Part shown: piece after piece, positions 38,617 to 47,798 of the stretch
Numbering within the stretch: position 1 is the first letter of the stretch
Layout of the letters: each line of letters starts with the position of its first letter
Assembly (NCBI GenBank): GCA_002390455.1
Contig: DGPN01000047.1
Coordinates: forward strand, 4,622-68,621
DNA length: 64,000 bases
DNA from: Flavobacteriaceae bacterium UBA4439
Lineage (GTDB): Bacteria > Bacteroidota > Bacteroidia > Flavobacteriales > Flavobacteriaceae
Direction of reading: 5' to 3'
Translations under genes and position numbers: made by a program
The notes under the pieces: generated by a model
Seen by the model: the letters and a program-made list of their open reading frames with translations, nothing else
The model's database searches: none
What the model was told of the DNA's origin: nothing

Positions 38617-39876
38617 ATGTTTAAAAATTACTTGCTTAAACGTTTTGGATTTATCCTATGCTGTATGCAAACGCTTTTGGCACAAAATTCTCAAGAAACA
38701 GTTGTTGATCAATCCATCAAATCTATTGTTTTCAAAAATCAAGCCTTAGAAATTCAATTTCCCATCGTAAAACTCGGAGAACCTTTTCAATTGCATTTCG
38801 ATGATCTGAATGGAGATGAAAGGAATTACTACTACAAAATCAAATATTTCAATCACGATTGGACCGCTTCAAACTTGTTTCAAAATGAATATCTCAAAGG
38901 TTTTGACAATTTGAGAATTGAAAACTATCAGACTTCTTTTAATACTCTCCAACCATATACCCACTACCAACTTGAATTACCCAATGAACAAACGGAATTT
39001 TTAATCTCGGGGAATTACCTTTTGGAAATCTACAACGAAGCTGATGAAATGATTTTCTCACGAAGATTTTTGATCTATGAAGACGGGGCTTCTGTGAGTG
39101 CGGGGGTTTTCAGAACTCGTAATCTTGAATTTTACCAAACCCATCAAAGTGTGCAATTCTCGATCATTCCTCCCAAGGGAGAATTTTTTCGTGATCCACA
39201 AAATCAATTACACGTTACCATCCTCCAAAACGAACAGTGGAATACTGCCCTTAATCATCTGAAGCCACAATACAACAGCGGCAGTCGCTTGGAGTACCGT
39301 TATGACGCAAAAAGCAGATTCGAAGGAGGCAATGAATACCTTTTTTTTGACACCAAGAACATTCAAATTACTAGTGCAAATGTCAGTGTGGTAGAATTGA
39401 ATCGCTTGTATGAGACTTACCTGACGACCAATTTTGTGCGCAGGGGATACCCTTACAACTTTACCCAAGACCTGAATGGGGATTTTATCATCAGAACCCT
39501 GCAAGGATCAGAAAATGGAGATATAGAAGCGGACTACAGTTGGGTTCATTTCAGTCTTTCAGCTCCGGTTTTACTCAAAGACCAAGAAATCTATGTTTAT
39601 GGGAAATTCAACAATTACGAGTTGAATGAAGCCAATAGGATTTACTACAATCCCGCTTTGGAAATTTATGAAGGGGTAATACTCCTCAAGCAAGGGATCT
39701 ACAACTACAAATTTGTGGCCAAAACGCCACAGTCCGAATTGTACAATGCCATTTGCGGTTCTCATGCGCTGACCGAAAATCGGTATTTGATTTTGGTCTA
39801 CTACAGATATTTTGGAAATCAACACGATTCACTGATCGCTATGGGAGAAACTTCCTCTTTTGAAATTATTGACTGA
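38617..39876 (+). CDS. T9SS plug protein-like (DUF5103) protein
   Basis: 419 aa with a signal peptide. The segment DDLNGDERNYYYKIKYFNHDWTASNLFQNEYLKGFDN resembles the DUF5103 signature as I remember it. Confidence 0.55.
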   Translation: MFKNYLLKRFGFILCCMQTLLAQNSQETVVDQSIKSIVFKNQALEIQFPIVKLGEPFQLHFDDLNGDERNYYYKIKYFNHDWTASNLFQNEYLKGFDNLRIENYQTSFNTLQPYTHYQLELPNEQTEFLISGNYLLEIYNEADEMIFSRRFLIYEDGASVSAGVFRTRNLEFYQTHQSVQFSIIPPKGEFFRDPQNQLHVTILQNEQWNTALNHLKPQYNSGSRLEYRYDAKSRFEGGNEYLFFDTKNIQITSANVSVVELNRLYETYLTTNFVRRGYPYNFTQDLNGDFIIRTLQGSENGDIEADYSWVHFSLSAPVLLKDQEIYVYGKFNNYELNEANRIYYNPALEIYEGVILLKQGIYNYKFVAKTPQSELYNAICGSHALTENRYLILVYYRYFGNQHDSLIAMGETSSFEIID

Positions 39877-39957
39877 TAAGGTTTTATTTAAGTTTTAAGA
39901 GTTGATTGTAACATTTATTTTAACTACATTAGCTATGACAACACTATTAAAATAGAG

Positions 39958-40344
39958 ATGATTCAACAAGTAACAAGAGGAATAAAAATCTCTGTAGAAA
40001 CGGACTTTGAAGGCAGTTTTCTCAAAGACAATGTTCTTCACTATGCTTTTACTTACCGAATTGAAATAGAAAATCAAGGTAAAAGTTCCGTACAATTGTT
40101 GACCCGTCATTGGAAAATTAAAGAAGCTTTGAACAAAACCCAATATGTCAATGGGAATGGCGTGGTGGGTAAAAAACCAATCATCAATCCTGGCGAAATT
40201 CACAAATACAAATCAGGATGTTTACTATCCTCTCCCCTAGGAGCCATGAAAGGAGCTTACATTATGATTGATTTCTCCTCTACCAAAAAGTTTAACGTGG
40301 AAATCCCCCCCTTCAAACTTTCAACCCCCTTTGTTCTAAATTAG
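39958..40344 (+). CDS. apaG: ApaG protein
   Basis: 128 aa: TRGIKISVETDF..., LLTRHWKI, GNGVVGKKPIINPGEIHKYKSGC. Confidence 0.85.
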   Translation: MIQQVTRGIKISVETDFEGSFLKDNVLHYAFTYRIEIENQGKSSVQLLTRHWKIKEALNKTQYVNGNGVVGKKPIINPGEIHKYKSGCLLSSPLGAMKGAYIMIDFSSTKKFNVEIPPFKLSTPFVLN

Positions 40345-41003
40345 TCCAAAGGACAATAGACCAATTTTTTAGTTTCAAAAAAGGCTTCGCTAAAATATTC
40401 TTTTAGTGGCAATACTTTTGCGTTTTTAAAATTCGAAAGTTCATCGCTTAGGTCTCCCCCCTTGAGACACAAAAAACCATTTCTAATCAAATGATTATTT
40501 TGACTGCTGATTCTGTCTGCTGACCAATTCATTAATGTCTCCAATGGCGCGACAGCCCTACAGACCACAAAATCCACTTTAAATTCTAGATTTTCAACCC
40601 GATCGTAATGGGTGCTAATGTTGTCCAATCCTAATTTCTCTTTTACATCATTGATGACTTTTATTTTCTTTCCGACACTGTCTGCCAAATGAAAACGTAC
40701 TTCGGGGAACACTATGGCCAACGGCACTCCAGGAAAACCACCTCCTGTACCCACATCTAGAATCCTAGAGCCCGCCTTGAATTTGAGAAATTTAGCTATT
40801 GACAGGGAATGAAGAACGTGGTGCAAATAAAAATAATCCATGTCTTTTCTGGAAATTACATTGATGCGAGAATTCCAATCTTTGTAGATTGTGAATAGAG
40901 ATTCTAGCTGTTGAACTTGCTTTGATTCGAAATCGGGAAAGTAGTCGTAAATAAAATTCAAGTCATTTTTTGATAAAAATAGAGAGAATGCCTTAAAATT
41001 CAA
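40341..41003 (-). CDS. rsmG: 16S rRNA (guanine527-N7)-methyltransferase
   Basis: 220 aa with SAM-binding ILDVGTGGGFPGVPLAI and the GidB family layout. Confidence 0.85.
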   Translation of the reverse strand: MNFKAFSLFLSKNDLNFIYDYFPDFESKQVQQLESLFTIYKDWNSRINVISRKDMDYFYLHHVLHSLSIAKFLKFKAGSRILDVGTGGGFPGVPLAIVFPEVRFHLADSVGKKIKVINDVKEKLGLDNISTHYDRVENLEFKVDFVVCRAVAPLETLMNWSADRISSQNNHLIRNGFLCLKGGDLSDELSNFKNAKVLPLKEYFSEAFFETKKLVYCPLD

Positions 41004-41032
41004 TAATTTTACAAGACCAACAATAATTAATT

Positions 41033-42142
41033 ATGACCAAAAGATTAATCCCACGTTTTTCCCGAAAGGAATCAAAAGAGTTTTTCCAAACACTCAACAA
41101 AAGAGTTAATCAGTATTTTAAAGACAACCAATTGGCCAAGACTGGTAACTGGAAACTTTACCTAAAGTCAGTCATCATGTTCACCATATTGATCGCTCCA
41201 TTTGTACTGATTCTTTCCTTAAACATCAATGATTGGTTTAAACTCCTACTGGCCGCTGTAATAGGTGTTGGCATGGCAGGAGTGGGTATGAATGTGATGC
41301 ATGATGGTAACCACGGTTCATTTTCCAAATACACTTGGATCAATAAATTGATGGGAAGCAGTATCTATATCTTGGCAGGAAATGTTTTTAACTGGAAGGT
41401 GCAACACAATGTTTTACACCACACCTACACAAACATCAAAGACCATGATGAAGATCTTGAAGCGGGGATCGTTTTGCGGTTTTCCAAACATGCAGAATGG
41501 AAACCTCATCACCAGTTTCAGCACTTTTACTCTATCCTATTATACGGTCTATTGACCCTCAAATGGGCAATAGTTTCAGATTTTGTTAGACTGAAACGAT
41601 ACCAAAAAGAAAATTTGTCTTACGCCAACAGTAAAAGTCATTCCGCACAATGGGTGGGATTGGTTATATCTAAAATAGTCTACTTTTCGATATGGATCGT
41701 ATTGCCCATATTTGTTTTTAACATTGTTTGGTGGAAGGTCTTGATTGGATTTTTTGTGATGCACTATACTGCAAGTCTGATTTTGAGTCTGGTTTTCCAA
41801 TTGGCACATGTGATTGGTGAGGCCGACATGCCGTTGCCTGATTTTAAAACTGGAAACATAAAAAACTCATGGGCAGTACATCAATTAAAGACTACTGTTA
41901 ATTTTTCAACCAAAAACAAAATTGTCAACTGGTTTACTGGAGGCTTAAATCATCAAATCGAACATCATATTTTTCCCCATATTTCTCATGTTCATTACAC
42001 CAAGATTTCTGAGATTGTCAAGAAAACAGCAAGGGAATTCAATCTGCCTTACAACGAATATGAAACTACGAGAAGTGCTATATTTTCACATTTTAAATTT
42101 TTAAAACAAATGGGCATGCGGCCTGTTTATGTTCAATCATAA
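41033..42142 (+). CDS. Membrane fatty-acid desaturase (three His boxes)
   Basis: HDGNHGS, HNVLHHTYTN and HQIEHHIFP, with flanking TM helices; no cytochrome b5 domain. Confidence 0.85.
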   Translation: MTKRLIPRFSRKESKEFFQTLNKRVNQYFKDNQLAKTGNWKLYLKSVIMFTILIAPFVLILSLNINDWFKLLLAAVIGVGMAGVGMNVMHDGNHGSFSKYTWINKLMGSSIYILAGNVFNWKVQHNVLHHTYTNIKDHDEDLEAGIVLRFSKHAEWKPHHQFQHFYSILLYGLLTLKWAIVSDFVRLKRYQKENLSYANSKSHSAQWVGLVISKIVYFSIWIVLPIFVFNIVWWKVLIGFFVMHYTASLILSLVFQLAHVIGEADMPLPDFKTGNIKNSWAVHQLKTTVNFSTKNKIVNWFTGGLNHQIEHHIFPHISHVHYTKISEIVKKTAREFNLPYNEYETTRSAIFSHFKFLKQMGMRPVYVQS

Positions 42143-42154
42143 GTCAATTTTTTA

Positions 42155-43333
42155 ATGTTATCCAATCGAATCAAGAGCCTGCCGGCCTCGGCAACTTTGG
42201 CTATGGCCGCAAAGGCCAGAGAGTTAAAGAATCAAGGAGTTGACATCATCGGACTCAGTTTGGGAGAACCCGATTTCAACACCCCAGAGTTCATCAAAGA
42301 CGCTGCCATTCAGGCTGTCAAAGACAATTACAATTCCTATTCGCCAGTCGATGGTTATGCCGATCTGAAAACAGCCATCTGTGAGAAATTTAAGCGCGAT
42401 AATGGATTGGAATATCAAGCCTCCCAGATCGTGGTCTCTACTGGAGCCAAGCAATCCATTGCCAATGTGTGTATGGTCTTGCTCGATCCGGACGACGAAG
42501 TGCTCTTGCCCGCTCCCTACTGGGTAAGCTATTCGGCCATTGCTACTTTGGCAGAGGCCAAATCCATCATCATTCCCTCATCGATAGAAGATGATTTTAA
42601 GATTACTCCCGAACAACTCGAAGCGGCCATCACCCCCAAAACCAAACTGGTAATGTTCAATTCTCCCAACAACCCCAGTGGAACAATTTATACTGAAGCA
42701 GAATACCGTGCTCTGGGTGCTGTACTTCAAAAATATCCCGACATCTTTATATTGTCGGATGAAATATACGAACACATCAATTACGGCACACCGCATTTTA
42801 GTATAGCTGCCATAGACGAATTGTATGACAGAACCATAACCGTCAATGGAGTGGCCAAAGCTTTTGCCATGACCGGTTGGCGAATTGGTTATATAGGAGC
42901 TCCAGAGTGGATTGCAAAGGCTTGTAACAAAATGCAGGGGCAAATAACTTCGGGTGCCAACTGTATCGCTCAAAGGGCTACCATTGCTGCAGTATCAGCC
43001 CCTACCAGTCAAATCCAATATATGGTTGACGAGTTCAACAACAGAAGAGGATTGATCTTAAATTTACTTTCTAAAATTCCTGGATTCAAACTCAACGAAC
43101 CCCAAGGTGCATTCTATGTATTCCCCGATGTTTCCTCCTATTTTGGAAAAACCATCAAAGGAAAAACCATCGAAAATGCGAATGATTTTGCTTTGTTTTT
43201 GTTGGAAGAAGCACATGTAGCAACAGTAACCGGCGATGCCTTTGGTAATTCTGATTGCATTCGGATTTCCTATGCCGCTTCTGAAGAAGACATCAAAACA
43301 GCTGTCGAAAGAATTAAAAACGCTTTAAGCTAA
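42155..43333 (+). CDS. Class I PLP-dependent aminotransferase (aspartate aminotransferase-like)
   Basis: LSLGEPDFNTP, NSPNNPSG, GVAKAFAMTGWRIGY. Confidence 0.85.
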   Translation: MLSNRIKSLPASATLAMAAKARELKNQGVDIIGLSLGEPDFNTPEFIKDAAIQAVKDNYNSYSPVDGYADLKTAICEKFKRDNGLEYQASQIVVSTGAKQSIANVCMVLLDPDDEVLLPAPYWVSYSAIATLAEAKSIIIPSSIEDDFKITPEQLEAAITPKTKLVMFNSPNNPSGTIYTEAEYRALGAVLQKYPDIFILSDEIYEHINYGTPHFSIAAIDELYDRTITVNGVAKAFAMTGWRIGYIGAPEWIAKACNKMQGQITSGANCIAQRATIAAVSAPTSQIQYMVDEFNNRRGLILNLLSKIPGFKLNEPQGAFYVFPDVSSYFGKTIKGKTIENANDFALFLLEEAHVATVTGDAFGNSDCIRISYAASEEDIKTAVERIKNALS

Positions 43334-43340
43334 AAATTTA

Positions 43341-43366
43341 AAAGCCTCCAGATGGAGGCTTTATTG
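43341..43366. terminator. Bidirectional intrinsic terminator between convergent genes
   Basis: AAGCCTCC-AGAT-GGAGGCTT (8-bp GC-rich stem), flanked by T-rich tracts on both strands (TTTAAATTTTTA on the minus sense, TTATTGATTT on the plus sense). Confidence 0.7.
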
Positions 43367-43368
43367 AT

Positions 43369-44451
43369 TTATCCGTTGATCACCTTTTCTTGGTGATTGA
43401 TTGACTCTTGGTGAATGGCTTTAAAAATTTGGGTGATGAATTCTTCACTCAAATTTCTTTCAACTCCCTCTGCTTGCATGGTTTCCAGAATTTCATTCCA
43501 ACGTTTGTTTTGCAGAACTGCCACGTTATTGTCTTTTTTGAGTTGACCAATGGACTCAGCTACTTTCATACGCTTGCCCAAAGCATCCAAAATGGCCTGG
43601 TCACTTACGTCGATTTTTTCCCGCAAGGTTTCAAGTTCCCTTTGGTAACTTTCCTCATAAGTTGTTTTCTTCCTGATTTTCAAATCATTCATGATTTCTA
43701 CCAAACGAGTAGGAGTTACTTGTTGCTTAGCATCGCTCCATGCATTATCTGGATCCCAATGTGATTCAATCATCAGCCCGTCAAAATTTAGATCTAAGGC
43801 TCTTTGACTGATGTCAAAAATCAAATCTCTACGTCCTGCTATATGGGAAGGGTCACAGATCAAAGGCATATCTGGAAAATTATTTTGGAATTCAACAGCA
43901 ATTTGCCATTCGGGATTGTTTCGGTACTTGGATTTGTCATAAGTTGAGAAACCACGGTGAATAACACCCAATTTTTTGATGTCAGCAGAATATAGTCTTT
44001 CCAATCCACCCATCCATAAAGCTAAATCTGGGTTTACTGGATTTTTGACCAAAACGATTTTATCTGTTCCTTTTAATGCATCAGCAATTTCTTGAACGAT
44101 AAAAGGACTAACGGTGGATCGAGCTCCAATCCACAAAATATCGATGTCTGCCTCTAAAGCCAAATTAACATGATCTTTATTGGCCACCTCGGTTGACGTC
44201 AATAGACCCGTTTGTTCTTTTACTTTTTTAAGCCAGTCCAAGCCAATGGCTCCAACCCCCTCGAACATACCAGGTCGAGTTCTAGGTTTCCAAATTCCTG
44301 CCCGGTAAACTGTTACATCAGTGTCTTTCAGTTCATGTGCAATTTTCAACACTTGTTCCTCGGTTTCTGCACTACAGGGACCAGCGATGACCAAAGGATG
44401 GTCGAGACCAAAATCGTGCAACCAGCTGCTCATTTCTTTACTATTTTCCAT
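43369..44451 (-). CDS. Bifunctional 3-deoxy-7-phosphoheptulonate synthase / chorismate mutase type II
   Basis: The N-terminal DAHPS/KDO8PS-family core (VIAGPCSAE, YRAGIWKPRTRP) is fused to a C-terminal AroQ-type CM segment (REKIDVSDQAILDALGKRMKVAESIGQLK). Confidence 0.85.
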   Translation of the reverse strand: MENSKEMSSWLHDFGLDHPLVIAGPCSAETEEQVLKIAHELKDTDVTVYRAGIWKPRTRPGMFEGVGAIGLDWLKKVKEQTGLLTSTEVANKDHVNLALEADIDILWIGARSTVSPFIVQEIADALKGTDKIVLVKNPVNPDLALWMGGLERLYSADIKKLGVIHRGFSTYDKSKYRNNPEWQIAVEFQNNFPDMPLICDPSHIAGRRDLIFDISQRALDLNFDGLMIESHWDPDNAWSDAKQQVTPTRLVEIMNDLKIRKKTTYEESYQRELETLREKIDVSDQAILDALGKRMKVAESIGQLKKDNNVAVLQNKRWNEILETMQAEGVERNLSEEFITQIFKAIHQESINHQEKVING

Positions 44452-44452
44452 T

Positions 44453-45319
44453 TTATTGATTGTTTTTGGTATTGGTAATGCCTTCTAAAATTTGACGAAT
44501 GTTGTTGATCTCGAGAATTTGCTCGTGTAATTTGTCAAATTGATTGGCATCCAAAAGTTGTTTAAATTGATTTAAATTATTGATGTATTGTGATAGTGTT
44601 TCGGTGATGTTCTCTTTATTCTGTTTGAAAATGGGAACCCACATATGGGGAGAACTTTTTGCCAAACGTACAGTAGAAGAAAACCCACTCCCAGCCATAT
44701 CAAAAATAGCGGACTGATCTTTTTCTTTTTCCATTACGGTTTTGCCCAACATATAGGAGCTGATGTGGGACAAATGGGACACATAGGTAATGTGTTGGTC
44801 GTGTTCCACTGGATCCATTTCCCTGAGATTCATTCCTATTTTTTTAAACCAATCTTGAGCCCATTCCAACAAATCGGGACGAGTTTTTTGGGTCTCACAA
44901 AGGATTTGAGTTTTATCTTCAAACAAATCGGGTAATGCAGCGGCAGGGCCCGAATATTCGGTTCCTGCAATGGGATGGGTGGCCAAAAACTGTCCGCGTT
45001 TGGAATGCAAGGCTACTTGTTGACAAATTGCGGCTTTGGTCGATCCAAAATCCATTATTAACGCATTGTCGTTGACTTCGTCCAGAAGATCAACCAATCG
45101 TTCCAATGCTATATCTACGGGTATGGCCAAAAGAATGATATCCATTTGCTTGATCATGGTCTCCTCCAATCTGAAATCAATCAATCCCAAGTCCAAAGAC
45201 TTTTGCAAGTTGGCTTGGCTTCTGTTGCTTCCGTAAATTTCTATATCTGGAATGTGTTCCCGTGCTGATAGCGCCAACGAACCTCCTATTAACCCAACAC
45301 CTATTATGCCTACTTTCAT
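44453..45319 (-). CDS. tyrA: Prephenate dehydrogenase
   Basis: MKVGIIGVGLIGGSLAL Rossmann motif, HPIAGTE, 288 aa. Confidence 0.85.
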   Translation of the reverse strand: MKVGIIGVGLIGGSLALSAREHIPDIEIYGSNRSQANLQKSLDLGLIDFRLEETMIKQMDIILLAIPVDIALERLVDLLDEVNDNALIMDFGSTKAAICQQVALHSKRGQFLATHPIAGTEYSGPAAALPDLFEDKTQILCETQKTRPDLLEWAQDWFKKIGMNLREMDPVEHDQHITYVSHLSHISSYMLGKTVMEKEKDQSAIFDMAGSGFSSTVRLAKSSPHMWVPIFKQNKENITETLSQYINNLNQFKQLLDANQFDKLHEQILEINNIRQILEGITNTKNNQ

Positions 45320-46464
45320 GCTTTCCTGATTCTTTCTAAGGCTTTACTGATTTGTAATTCCTCTACACAAAGGGAGAAGCGAATGTATCCTTCACCTTGG
45401 CTGCCAAATATACTACCAGGTGCTATAAAAATGTGGTGATTTTGTAAAATTTCTTCTATGTATTCCACCGAGGATTTTGAGGTGTCCCTCATTTTGGCCC
45501 AAACGAACAACCCACTGTTGTGAGCATCGAAGTCAGTATTGAGCAGGGAGGCCAGTTCAAAAATGAGCTTTCTTCTTTGACGGTAGATGTCGTTCAATTT
45601 TTCGAACCATGATTCCTGAGCCTGAAGTGCAGCAATAGCCCCTTGCTGAATGCCATAAAACATACCCGAATCCATGTTGCTTTTTACCTTTAACACTGCA
45701 TTGATATTTTCTTCATTTCCCAAAACCATGCCCACTCGCCAGCCAGCCATATTGAATGACTTGCTCAAAGAGTTCAATTCCATCCCAACCTCCATAGCAC
45801 CAGGGACAGACATCATGCTTTGGGGTTGATTGGTCAAAACAAAACTGTATGGATTGTCATTGACCAACAAAATATCTTTTTCCTTTGCCCAGGCAACTAA
45901 CTTTTCAAAGGTGTCTTTTTGGGCATTGGCACCCGTTGGCATGTGGGGATAATTGATCCACATGAGCTTGACAGCGGTCAGGTCCATTTGATCCAAAGCC
46001 TCCAAGTCGGGTTGCCATTGGTGTTCGGCTTTTAAATCATAAAAAACGGGTTCTGCCTCCACCAATCGAGTAATAGACTGATAGGTAGGATAGCCAGGAT
46101 TGGGAATCAATGCTTTATCACCAGGATTGAGAAAAGCCATGGAGATGTGCATTATTCCTTCCTTTGACCCCATAAGGGGAAGGATTTCACTACTGGGGTC
46201 GGCAGTGAATTGATAATACTTTTGGTAGAAGTTGGCAATGGCTTGACGCAACTCAGGAAGCCCCTGATAACTTTGGTACTGATGTACCTTGGGATGATCA
46301 AAACTATGCTTCAATGCCTCAACCACCGTTGGGTGGGCGGGAAGATCGGGACTGCCAATCCCCATATTGATAATGGGCTTTCCCTCAGCAACCATAGCCG
46401 CCACTGCTCTCAATTTTTTGGAGAAGTAGTATTCCTGTACGCTATTTAATCTTCTTGCCTTCAT
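45316..46464 (-). CDS. Class I PLP-dependent aminotransferase of the aromatic operon
   Basis: INMGIGSPD, NYPHMPTG, SLSKSFNMAGWRVG. It overlaps tyrA by 4 nt and pheA by 1 nt. Confidence 0.8.
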   Translation of the reverse strand: MKARRLNSVQEYYFSKKLRAVAAMVAEGKPIINMGIGSPDLPAHPTVVEALKHSFDHPKVHQYQSYQGLPELRQAIANFYQKYYQFTADPSSEILPLMGSKEGIMHISMAFLNPGDKALIPNPGYPTYQSITRLVEAEPVFYDLKAEHQWQPDLEALDQMDLTAVKLMWINYPHMPTGANAQKDTFEKLVAWAKEKDILLVNDNPYSFVLTNQPQSMMSVPGAMEVGMELNSLSKSFNMAGWRVGMVLGNEENINAVLKVKSNMDSGMFYGIQQGAIAALQAQESWFEKLNDIYRQRRKLIFELASLLNTDFDAHNSGLFVWAKMRDTSKSSVEYIEEILQNHHIFIAPGSIFGSQGEGYIRFSLCVEELQISKALERIRKA

Positions 46465-47285
46465 TATTTTCCAGAGGGATATTCGCCCAAAACCTTAAAG
46501 GCGGTGGCCATTATTTCTAAAAGTGACTTGGCTTTAAAGTAGTCTTCGGGCTTATCGAAAGTAACATCGACAAAAAAGGCGTATTTACCTGGGGTTTCAA
46601 TGACTGGTAGGGATTGAATTTTGGTCAGGTTGAGGTTGCAATCGCTTACCACATTTAGGGCAGTTGCAAGACTCCCGCGTTTGTGATCCAAAACAAATTT
46701 CCACGCCGCTTTACTGATGTTGTTTGACTTTTCCAATTTATCTTTTTGGACAATCACAAAACGGGTCACGTTATTTTTAATGGTTTGAATGGAAGGACTT
46801 AAAATCTCCAAACCGTAAATTTCTGCGGCTGTTTTTCCAGCAATGGCACCACGAGCTGTCATCTTATTCTTACTGATTTTGAGAGCTTCCTCTGCCGTAT
46901 CATTGCTTTCTACCAGTTTGATGTGGGGATAGGCATGAAAGAATTTTTTACACTGCAATAGTGCCATAGGATGGGAATGAACCTCTTCAAGGTCTTCAAT
47001 TTTTTGGCCGGGAAGGGCCATCAAATTATGTTCAATGCTAAGATAGTGTTCCCCAGAAATGACCAATTCATATTGATCCATTAGCGCATAGTTGGGTAAA
47101 ATAGACCCCGCAATAGAATTTTCTATGGCCATCACTGCCTGACTACAAGCTCCAGAGGCCACTGCTTGTGCGAGAACATCAAAAGAAAGGCATTCCATAA
47201 GTTCGGGAGTATGGTCATAGTATTCCTTGACCACTTGATCGTGGAATGATCCCTTAATTCCCTGTATGGCTATTCTCTGTGTCAT
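46464..47285 (-). CDS. pheA: Prephenate dehydratase
   Basis: IAIQGIKGSFHDQV, the TRFV motif, and a C-terminal ACT domain (GSLATALNVVSDCNLNLTKIQSLP). Confidence 0.9.
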   Translation of the reverse strand: MTQRIAIQGIKGSFHDQVVKEYYDHTPELMECLSFDVLAQAVASGACSQAVMAIENSIAGSILPNYALMDQYELVISGEHYLSIEHNLMALPGQKIEDLEEVHSHPMALLQCKKFFHAYPHIKLVESNDTAEEALKISKNKMTARGAIAGKTAAEIYGLEILSPSIQTIKNNVTRFVIVQKDKLEKSNNISKAAWKFVLDHKRGSLATALNVVSDCNLNLTKIQSLPVIETPGKYAFFVDVTFDKPEDYFKAKSLLEIMATAFKVLGEYPSGK

Positions 47286-47289
47286 GGTT

Positions 47290-47319
47290 CAAAAAAAAAG
47301 TCCCGATAAAATCAGGACT
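47290..47319 (-). terminator. Attenuator terminator upstream of pheA
   Basis: Minus-sense RNA AGUCCUGAU-UUU-AUCGGGACU (9 bp including one U.G pair) followed by U9. The tract ends 5 nt before the pheA AUG. Confidence 0.65.
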
Positions 47320-47344
47320 CTTTGTTTACTATATTTATAGATTA

Positions 47345-47413
47345 CTACAAAGTCCTTGCTACTTCCGAATAGAAGTAGTAAAAAGGAAAATTGTAATAAA
47401 ATTGATTTTTCAT
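47345..47413 (-). CDS. Phe/Tyr-rich leader peptide, 22 aa (MKNQFYYNFPFYYFYSEVARTL)
   Basis: ATG 47413..47411 to TAG 47347..47345. 4 Phe and 5 Tyr codons among 22, lying between a consensus promoter and the terminator hairpin. Confidence 0.6.
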   Translation of the reverse strand: MKNQFYYNFPFYYFYSEVARTL

Positions 47414-47430
47414 CTTTTATATAATCTGGA

Positions 47431-47463
47431 CAAATTTAAGATAGCTTTTGGCAAAAACAAATC
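47431..47463 (-). promoter_or_regulatory. Bacteroidota-type promoter (-33 TTTG / -7 TAnnTTTG) for the phe leader
   Basis: Minus sense: GATTTG - 19 nt - TAAATTTG, ending 17 nt upstream of the leader ATG. Confidence 0.55.
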
Positions 47464-47516
47464 ATTTTATAATTTTTTTATAGATTTATACAACCCAATA
47501 ATATCTTATTACTGAG

Positions 47517-47684
47517 ATGAAAATTTCACTTCTAACCTGCATTTTGGGGCATTTATTCCTCTTTCTTTCCATTTACCTTATTGTTAATTACAACACGAGC
47601 AATAGAGCTTACCTGATCGCTGGCGTATCCTATTTTGTTGGTTTTATGCTTAATTTAATTGGATACCTTGCCAAAAAAAGATGA
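47517..47684 (+). CDS. Possible small membrane protein, 55 aa
   Basis: MKISLLTCILGHLFLFLSIYLIVNYNTSNRAYLIAGVSYFVGFMLNLIGYLAKKR has two hydrophobic helices and a basic tail. It is below the ORF-track cut-off, with no homology evidence. Confidence 0.3.
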   Translation: MKISLLTCILGHLFLFLSIYLIVNYNTSNRAYLIAGVSYFVGFMLNLIGYLAKKR

Positions 47685-47798
47685 CTATAATTTTGGTTAC
47701 AGGAACCTTACTTTAAGGTAGAGTGAATCAAATTTAAAGATGAAGAAATCTATCCCTCAACAGAAAAATGATATATTACCCCAAAGGATAAAAAAAAT

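Noticed and set aside
47279-47515. 78-aa + strand ORF (MSWFKKKVPIKSGLFVYYIYRLL...) covering the pheA leader region.
   Set aside because: It starts inside pheA on the opposite strand and runs through AT-rich intergenic DNA. The minus-strand leader/attenuator interpretation explains the same bases with far more structure (promoter, mini-ORF, alternative hairpins, U-tract).
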